DNA of 32,000 nt from Candidatus Bathyarchaeota archaeon (lineage in GTDB: Archaea > Thermoproteota > CALKCG01 > B24), in contig JAGHAZ010000044.1 of assembly GCA_021161255.1 (NCBI GenBank), positions 1 through 32,000 of the forward strand. Direction: 5' to 3'. Under the pieces are notes generated by a model. It did no database searches. It saw nothing but the letters and a program-made list of their open reading frames with translations, and had not been told where the DNA came from. Both the position numbers and the translations under genes were made by a program. Below are positions 26,139 to 32,000 of this stretch, one piece after another; the stretch's first letter is position 1; each line of letters opens with the position of its first letter.

Positions 26139-26704
26139 CTCAACCTAACCGAGCCGTAATCCCTCGTGGTCTTACGTCTCTCGGTATTACCGCATACCGG
26201 GCATTTAAGTCCTCTCCTAGCCCTGACCAGAGGGGTTCCGCATAGGGAGCATACCGCGTAGATGACGCCGAAACCTGGACCCTGCGTCCTTAAATGGTAT
26301 ACACCGTTCTTAAACGTCAAGACCTCACATCTGACTATATCGCCTGGTTTGAAAAGCTCTCTGAGCGTCCGAACCCTACTCGTAGATGAGGACCTAATAT
26401 GTATCAGCCCGGTCAAATAGTCGCTTAGAAGCCTATTCCCGACGGATACTATCATCACGGACGCAAGCTTATCCGACAGCGACGACACGACCGCGTAGAC
26501 GACGTCTTTAGGCCTCGGAAGAAGAGGCTCCTTAACGGGCTTCACCACGGCTAAGTGGTTCTTCACGTCTCTCTCCACCATACCGGCTAGGGAAGACCTC
26601 ACCACACCATCGGACGCGTAGGTTCCAAACCCAGGCTCATACTCCTCTATGACACCTATCTTATCGCCCGGGGTCACAAAATCCCCGTCTTTAGACCCGC
26701 ACAA
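26126..26704 (-). CDS. csl4: Exosome RNA-binding subunit Csl4
   Basis: Has an N-terminal domain (VTPGDKIGVIEEYEPG), an S1 domain and a C-terminal zinc ribbon (CSLCGTPL...CPVCGN). Confidence 0.85.
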   Translation of the reverse strand: MCGSKDGDFVTPGDKIGVIEEYEPGFGTYASDGVVRSSLAGMVERDVKNHLAVVKPVKEPLLPRPKDVVYAVVSSLSDKLASVMIVSVGNRLLSDYLTGLIHIRSSSTSRVRTLRELFKPGDIVRCEVLTFKNGVYHLRTQGPGFGVIYAVCSLCGTPLVRARRGLKCPVCGNTERRKTTRDYGSVRLRWLI

Positions 26705-26706
26705 GT

Positions 26707-27324
26707 TTAAACCACCTCGATCCTATAGATGTAAACCTCAAACTTGTAAACCCTCTTTTCATGGAACGGGAAAATCCTAGGTATCGTCATCAAAGCCTTA
26801 AACACGGCCGATATTGAACCACCATGATCCTCTACAAACCTCCTAATAAACCCATCAGTCTCGCTCTTGTGGATCGTATAGACGACGCTACCTAGCTCCA
26901 TAGCCTTTTTCAGGAAAACCCTATCCGCTCCTCTCAATCCAGTTCCAAACGGAGGGTTCTGTAGAACGGTGTGACATGAACCTTGGAACACGGCGATGTC
27001 GCACAGAACCCAGTCGACTCTATTCGAGACCTCGGTCTCATATGCGTTTAACTTTGCTACGTTCAAGGCGATCCTGTCGATGTCTAAACCTATCACGTAG
27101 TCGGCTCCGAGAAGAGCCGCTCCTATGGCCAGCCTACCGGTTCCACATCCCAAGTCGAAGACCACTTTACCTACTATATCGTCATATCGATAGGCGGCTA
27201 GGGTCAGAATCTTCGCAGCTAGGTCAGCCGGTATGGTATATTGCTCCAAAAGCCGACTGGGTGAGGGGTGGCCACGGAGTTTACTCAATACGATTTCAAG
27301 GTGTTTACGTTTGAGACGACTCAC
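26707..27324 (-). CDS. COG2263-type N6-adenine RNA methyltransferase (METTL5-like)
   Basis: Contains VFDLGCGTGRLAIGAALLGA (SAM motif I) and LQNPPFG (motif IV). Its position in the superoperon is conserved. Confidence 0.75.
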   Translation of the reverse strand: MSRLKRKHLEIVLSKLRGHPSPSRLLEQYTIPADLAAKILTLAAYRYDDIVGKVVFDLGCGTGRLAIGAALLGADYVIGLDIDRIALNVAKLNAYETEVSNRVDWVLCDIAVFQGSCHTVLQNPPFGTGLRGADRVFLKKAMELGSVVYTIHKSETDGFIRRFVEDHGGSISAVFKALMTIPRIFPFHEKRVYKFEVYIYRIEVV

Positions 27325-28306
27325 CGATATACTCCTCCCAGCGTATCAGTCCCAAAGCCACCAGCAACTCGGCAGGGCTTAGTATAGGCTTACTCAGTCT
27401 TTCAGAATCCTCAAGCGAGAGTCTCGGACACGCCGTGTTTACGAACACGTCTATCCAGGTGTAAGCCTCCAGCATAGACGCATCCAGGTAGTTGAAACCC
27501 AGTAGATAGGCCTCTCTACCCAAGCTCTCTATGAGGCTCTTCAACCCCTCAGCCTGTCCAAGTCTGAACTGTCCAGGCTCTAGGCCGACCAGTATGCCGA
27601 ACACCTCACCATCTCTAGCCTCGACTATCGACGCGTATCTACGTCGTAAGTACCTACGCTTTAAATCTCTCATATCTCTCAGAGAACAGGTTAGCGGGTT
27701 TAAAGCCATCACAGGCTTACTGGTCAGCAGGGATAAACCGAGGGGGTGGAATAGACCCCCGCCTATGAAGAGAAAACCCTCCACCCGGTTTTCGACCTCT
27801 AGGGGGGAGGTATAGTTGCATCCTAAGACTTGACCAGGATACTTTACGCCGCTGCCACGTCCTATAAACACCTTCAAGCCCCATTCTTCCAGAGTCTTAC
27901 GAGCCTCCTCTAGATATCCGATAAACTGGAGGCTAGAGAATAGGCCTAAGCTACGGAACCTTAAGAGGGTTTCCTTGAACCTTTCGAGACACCCATTCTC
28001 TCGAACGATATATTGCGCATCCAAGTATACGACAGGTATACGGCTTGAGGAAACCATGGGGCTATGACCCACGTGGACGATCAGGTCTACGTTCAACATC
28101 TCAGCTTCTCGTAGGGCTAAGTTACACGCTCCATAGCATGGATTACCTGAAAGAAGAACCGTGACGCCTAACTCCCTAAGCTTATCGACCATCGGTTTAA
28201 GATAAGGCCTTAAACCCTCCGGAGCTTGAACGAGAACACGTTTAGAACCTCTGGATGAAACCTCGTTTAGAACCTTATCCTCATCAAGCCTGAAGATCCT
28301 GAACAC
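27305..28306 (-). CDS. dph2: Diphthamide biosynthesis radical-SAM enzyme Dph2 (2-(3-amino-3-carboxypropyl)histidine synthase)
   Basis: Has a three-domain Dph2 layout (VLVQAPEGLRPY...CYGACN...VHVGHS...FVNTACPR) with conserved Cys residues. Confidence 0.85.
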   Translation of the reverse strand: MFRIFRLDEDKVLNEVSSRGSKRVLVQAPEGLRPYLKPMVDKLRELGVTVLLSGNPCYGACNLALREAEMLNVDLIVHVGHSPMVSSSRIPVVYLDAQYIVRENGCLERFKETLLRFRSLGLFSSLQFIGYLEEARKTLEEWGLKVFIGRGSGVKYPGQVLGCNYTSPLEVENRVEGFLFIGGGLFHPLGLSLLTSKPVMALNPLTCSLRDMRDLKRRYLRRRYASIVEARDGEVFGILVGLEPGQFRLGQAEGLKSLIESLGREAYLLGFNYLDASMLEAYTWIDVFVNTACPRLSLEDSERLSKPILSPAELLVALGLIRWEEYIGESSQT

Positions 28307-28336
28307 ACCTCCAAAACCCTGAAAGAGGAGGAGACG

Positions 28337-28843
28337 CTAAGCCTCCTTAGCGACCGGGAGTATCATTATCCTAGTCGGCGTCGGTATCTTACTCGCACCT
28401 CTCCTTAAAGCCTCCTTAGCAAGCTCCAAGTTCTCCTTGTTCACCCGGACGAATAGGATGTTCTGGCCCTTTCTGACCCTAGCGGCCAGACCTACGGGTC
28501 TACCGAAGGCCATCTTCATACCCTTTGAAAGCCTGTCTGCACCGGCACCTGTCATCATCTTATGCTCCCTGAGAATATGATGCGGGTACACGTTTATCTT
28601 GAAGAAATAGCCCTGCCTACCCAATCTCCTCTCGAGAAGCTTGTTAACCGCCAACCTAGCGGCCTCTAAGGCGTTATGCCTTATCTGAGCATCTTCGAGG
28701 GCTATGAGCCTAGCCTCGTATTCGAACTCGCCCTTAGGATTCCCCATCTGGAAGAGCACTATCCTGGGATGCGGAGAACCGCCGATATACTCTTTCCTAG
28801 TATAAGCCATGCCTGAGATTCTCCGGTAGTTCCTAGCCCTCAA
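28337..28843 (-). CDS. rpl10e: Ribosomal protein uL16 (L10e)
   Basis: RARNYRRISGMAYTRKEYIGGSPHPRIVLFQMGN ... RMKMAFGRPVGLAARV. TTG start. Confidence 0.9.
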   Translation of the reverse strand: MRARNYRRISGMAYTRKEYIGGSPHPRIVLFQMGNPKGEFEYEARLIALEDAQIRHNALEAARLAVNKLLERRLGRQGYFFKINVYPHHILREHKMMTGAGADRLSKGMKMAFGRPVGLAARVRKGQNILFVRVNKENLELAKEALRRGASKIPTPTRIMILPVAKEA

Positions 28844-28886
28844 AGCCTTTCACCACCACACCTAACATTCGAGCCATATTTAAACG

Positions 28887-29708
28887 TTAAACTTCTCCTC
28901 TCAGAAGGACGGCATCTGCTATCTCTAGAAACACCTCAGGAGGAGTACGGTAAACTCTAAGCCCTAGATCGTATTGTAGTGAAAAACCGGGTAAAATTCT
29001 CTTAACGAGGTTTCTCAGGGTTTTATTTCTAAGGCTGAAGGCTTGGTCGACCACAGACCTTAAAGCCTTAAATCTCCGGGGTTCTAGTGCATCAGGTCTA
29101 CGCGTAAGCCGGACGATTACGCTTCTCACCCTGCTCTCTGGATAGAAGACGCTGGGAGAGAGGTGTTCGAGAATTTCGACGTGGTAGTTTAGAGCCGTTA
29201 GAACCGTTAGACGGCCATAGCTTGGGCTACCTGGCTCGGCACATAGTTTACGTGAAAACTCGTCTTGAAGCGTTAGAACCATGACCTTGGGAGAAAGCTC
29301 GATGAGCTTAAGCATCATAGGGGTCGATATGGCATATGGAGGGTTCGAAACGACCTTGTCGAAGTCTTCAACCCTAAGCTTCAGGAAATCACCCTCTAAG
29401 ACCCTCACGTTCGAGCCTTCTGGAAACCTAGACCTCAGATACTCGGCAAGCCTACGGTCTAGCTCGACCGCATACACAAGCTTAGCCCTCTCCGCCAATA
29501 GCTTAGTTAGAAAACCTAAGCCAGCGCCTATCTCTAACACCACGTCGTCGCTCGAGAGCTCAGCATAGCCGACCATCCTAGACAGAACACGCTCATCGAC
29601 CATGAAGTGTTGGCCTAGAAGCCTCTTAGGTGTCAAAATCCCGGTCCTTATCAGATTCTTCACGGCGTCTTTAAGCGACATACTTAACCGTTCCAAGAAA
29701 CCTAACAT
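28887..29708 (-). CDS. rsmA: 16S rRNA (adenine1518/1519-N6)-dimethyltransferase KsgA/Dim1
   Basis: Contains LGQHFMVD, VLEIGAGLGFLT and VSNPPYAIS. Confidence 0.9.
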   Translation of the reverse strand: MLGFLERLSMSLKDAVKNLIRTGILTPKRLLGQHFMVDERVLSRMVGYAELSSDDVVLEIGAGLGFLTKLLAERAKLVYAVELDRRLAEYLRSRFPEGSNVRVLEGDFLKLRVEDFDKVVSNPPYAISTPMMLKLIELSPKVMVLTLQDEFSRKLCAEPGSPSYGRLTVLTALNYHVEILEHLSPSVFYPESRVRSVIVRLTRRPDALEPRRFKALRSVVDQAFSLRNKTLRNLVKRILPGFSLQYDLGLRVYRTPPEVFLEIADAVLLRGEV

Positions 29709-29803
29709 TAATCGATCTTTTTAACCCGACGCTTGTGCACAGCCAGCAGCATATGTTAAGAATTTGATAACGCTTCTCGCTTCATTTTCAGACATGAAGG
29801 GCA

Positions 29804-30368
29804 TCAACCCTTAACGAAGAGCCTGTATTTCGGCCTCTCCTCCATAAGCTCCTCCAGGACTCTCTTGGCTATGAGCTTCACAGGGTCGGGGATGCCGGCT
29901 CTAGATTTTATATCCTTGAACGATTCGAACGGTCTGATGCTACGCTCCCTGAGGATCGCGAACATATACTTCTTACCTATGCCGGGTATAAGCTCCAGAG
30001 CATGCATCCTAGGACTTACAGGCTGAGACTTATTGAAGAAATCGACGAACCTCTCCTCGTTGGCCACTATTATTCTCTCGATTATATCCGGAAGCTCAGC
30101 CTGAGCAGGACCAGTCAGCTCATAATAGTTCAGACGGCCGACTATGAAAGCCACCTTACTCTCAGGGCTTCTACCCAGGAAAAGCCTCTCACCTATCGAT
30201 ACGGATACACCTCGCTTGAGAACAGCCTCCAGAAGCGTGAAATACTTATCGCCTAAGCTCCACAGCCCTACCGGCTAGTTGAGCCGGTCTAGGAACCCTC
30301 CTAGTCGGCCTAGGGAGAATATCTAGGACATAGCCGTACTCTTCGTAAAACCTATGATAGCCTCTCAA
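29804..30368 (-). CDS. DUF655 (COG1491) OB-fold + HhH RNA/nucleotide-binding protein, reading frame interrupted near 30250-30290
   Basis: TTG at 30368 opens (M)RGYHRFYEEYGYVLDILPRPTRRVPRPAQLAGRAVELRR*. The next frame continues LGDKYFTLLEAVLKRGVSVSIGERLFLG...VAFIVGRLNYYELT... into the ORF-track ORF 29804..30154 (NEERFVDFFNKSQPVSPRMHALELIPGIGKK). Both halves are conserved DUF655 sequence. Confidence 0.8.
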
Positions 30369-30406
30369 CAGTCTACACCTCTAGAACTCAGACCGGTTTA
30401 AACAGG

Positions 30407-30760
30407 TTAGGATTCTACGTTTTCAACCCTATACTCGTCGAGCAGTTTCAGTATGTCTTTAAGCTGAGCAGTTGTTATAAGCCTACCCTTCAACCCCACG
30501 AAGAAGACCCTGAGCTCCTCGATGCTCCCAGGCATAGTGTTAACAATCTGAACAGCCCTATCGCGTTCTAGACCAAACTTCTCGATGAGTTTATCCACAA
30601 GCTCAGCGGCCTTAGACGGGTCTATCTTGGCCACTTTACGCGCATAATCTAGAACCCTAGATTGAAGAGGGTTAGGCTCCTCTAAACCTTTAAGCAACTT
30701 ATACGCTTCAGCTATCGTTATATCCGTCTCTCTAATCTTCTTGATAGACGTGTATATCAC
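30407..30760 (-). CDS. rpoF: DNA-directed RNA polymerase subunit F (Rpo4)
   Basis: Size and Rpb4/RpoF-like helical pattern fit (ITIAEAYKLLK...LIEKFGLERDRAVQIVNTMP...ELRVFF). It sits in the conserved position between eL21 and DUF655. Confidence 0.8.
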   Translation of the reverse strand: MIYTSIKKIRETDITIAEAYKLLKGLEEPNPLQSRVLDYARKVAKIDPSKAAELVDKLIEKFGLERDRAVQIVNTMPGSIEELRVFFVGLKGRLITTAQLKDILKLLDEYRVENVES

Positions 30761-30786
30761 CTCTCAAGAAGGGGGGAGAACCTCTT

Positions 30787-31077
30787 TCACTGGGCGAGGG
30801 GTTTAAGGTGTTCAGGCCTGGCGATAACGATCTTATCTTTACCCCCTACACCGACCTTCAAGACATATGCTCTACCTCTTTTCTCTACGACGACTCCCAC
30901 TTTACCGTGAAACCTCTTATGGGGCATACCTTTATGGATAGATGGGTTTATGTCTATAACGACTCTTTCACCCACTTGGTAAGTCCTAAGTATAGGGGTT
31001 ACCTTAAGTGGATTCTCTCCTCTCCTCAAACGCAGCAACTTCCTAGTCCTACTTCTATAACCCTTTGAATGCGGCGT
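30787..31077 (-). CDS. rpl21e: Ribosomal protein eL21 (L21e), apparently lacking a canonical start codon
   Basis: INPSIHKGMPHKRFHGKVGVVVEKRGRAYVLKV...IVIARPEHLKP matches eL21. The conserved N-terminus PHSKGYRSRTRKLL is encoded in frame upstream of the first canonical start (TTG 31038). The codon at the expected Met position is ACG (31077-31075). Confidence 0.85.
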   Translation of the reverse strand, partial: TPHSKGYRSRTRKLLRLRRGENPLKVTPILRTYQVGERVVIDINPSIHKGMPHKRFHGKVGVVVEKRGRAYVLKVGVGGKDKIVIARPEHLKPLAQ

Positions 31078-31078
31078 T

Positions 31079-32000
31079 TCAGAACGCCCCCCTAACGTTT
31101 ATCTCAACTATTTCCAAAAAATTCATCTCACTTTTAAGGATTTCCTTGAGAGAAGGCCTAACTCTAGGTCTCCCGGATAGAAAATCCTTGACTAGAAAGC
31201 CCACCCGGTATCTAAGCCTAAGCCGGTAGACATCTTCACCAACCTTTTCGATGTCTAGAAGCTCGACCGTCTCCTCTCTGAATACGTTTGAGGATTTATC
31301 GAGCTGCATGACCGTTAGACGCTTAGGCTCCGTAAACCTCAAGGCCCTATCGGCTTTAACTAGGACTTTAGCCTCCTCGACGCCTTTGAAAGACCGTAGC
31401 TTAGCGACGTCAGACCTTGAAGCCCAGCTTAAACGTCTGACCTCCATCAACCCCGACGCCCTACTGTTTATCTCAGAGGCCAGCTCGTCGAGGTCCACGA
31501 ACCGCTTCCTGGGATGTTTAAACCTGACTACGAAGGGCCTACCATCGCCGAGAATCAAGGTCCTCTTAGAGTCCCTGAAGGGAATTATGAAACGGTAATC
31601 CACCGCCTCGAAAGCCTTCATCAATGGTCTAACTATGAGGGTTTCGACTGTTTCGCCTCCCACCCTCTCAAGGTCCTTGGATACCACCGGCACCTCAGGG
31701 CTGAGCTTCAAGAAGAAGCCCTTCACGTATATAGGCGCGGGGTTTACTTCAACCACCATTCTATAGGGGTCTACGACAACCGTGACATCAGGCTTTCTCA
31801 TGTCAACCTTGACCTTGAGAATCGATGAAAGTCTCTTACCTAAGACCCTACTGAGTTCTTCTCTAAGGCTTTCACCATAAGGTAGGGCTATTACGCTCCT
31901 AACCTCGTCCTCCTTCTCGCAGACCTCCGGCGGTAACGTCACACCTACGAGTATGCTTCTAAACTCGTAGCCCGTGAGCGCGTCTAGAACCATATCCACT
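31079..32000 (-). CDS. pus10: Pus10-like (COG1258) tRNA pseudouridine synthase homolog; 5' end beyond the window; divergent catalytic motifs
   Basis: Sits at the Pus10 position of the superoperon and retains ILGDGRPFVVRFKHPRKR (compare MLGTGRPF). The ORF is open to the window edge, and the N-terminal zinc/THUMP part is missing from the window. Confidence 0.65.
   Translation of the reverse strand, partial: VDMVLDALTGYEFRSILVGVTLPPEVCEKEDEVRSVIALPYGESLREELSRVLGKRLSSILKVKVDMRKPDVTVVVDPYRMVVEVNPAPIYVKGFFLKLSPEVPVVSKDLERVGGETVETLIVRPLMKAFEAVDYRFIIPFRDSKRTLILGDGRPFVVRFKHPRKRFVDLDELASEINSRASGLMEVRRLSWASRSDVAKLRSFKGVEEAKVLVKADRALRFTEPKRLTVMQLDKSSNVFREETVELLDIEKVGEDVYRLRLRYRVGFLVKDFLSGRPRVRPSLKEILKSEMNFLEIVEINVRGAF

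Noticed and set aside
1-32000. CRISPR arrays, transposases or IS elements, and long tandem repeats.
   Set aside because: Reading both strands, I found no regularly spaced direct repeats, no DDE/tyrosine/serine recombinase-like ORFs and no terminal inverted repeats. This was a manual scan, so short or degenerate repeats could have been missed.

Overview
Archaeal chromosomal segment that looks TACK/Thermoproteota-like. It has an ESCRT-III/CdvB gene, a stand-alone 5S rRNA, frequent GTG/TTG starts and AGG/AGA/ATA-rich codon usage. Most of it is housekeeping. 975-20183 carries a class II-type HMG-CoA reductase, aEF-2, a ClC channel, MTAP, a cdvB operon, UppS, a type IV pilin-like gene, the 5S rRNA and MetAP. 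24508-32000 carries tRNA-Arg(GCG) and the conserved archaeal transcription/translation/exosome superoperon: TFS, Rpo11, Csl4, a COG2263 methylase, Dph2, uL16, KsgA, DUF655, Rpo4, eL21 and Pus10. The strongest observation is in aEF-2. Its first 21 codons and its P-loop are separated by a clean 30-nt insertion (3287-3316) that carries an in-frame TGA. The insertion folds into a textbook bulge-helix-bulge motif, and removing it restores a colinear ...[18 protein letters not shown]... N-terminus. I read this as a splicing-endonuclease-type intron inside an essential protein-coding gene. The DUF655 gene has a frame break next to a similar hairpin, which may be a second, less canonical case. A short AT-rich accessory patch (about 20290-22336) holds two RHH-type small proteins, an uncharacterised 185-aa partner (a possible toxin-antitoxin-like pair) and gene remnants. 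Next to it lies a decayed HemW-like radical SAM pseudogene. Several other conserved genes have frame or start-codon anomalies (fwdC/fwdD-like, MetAP, eL21). From sequence alone I cannot tell whether these are real or sequencing errors. I saw no CRISPR array, transposase or integrase.
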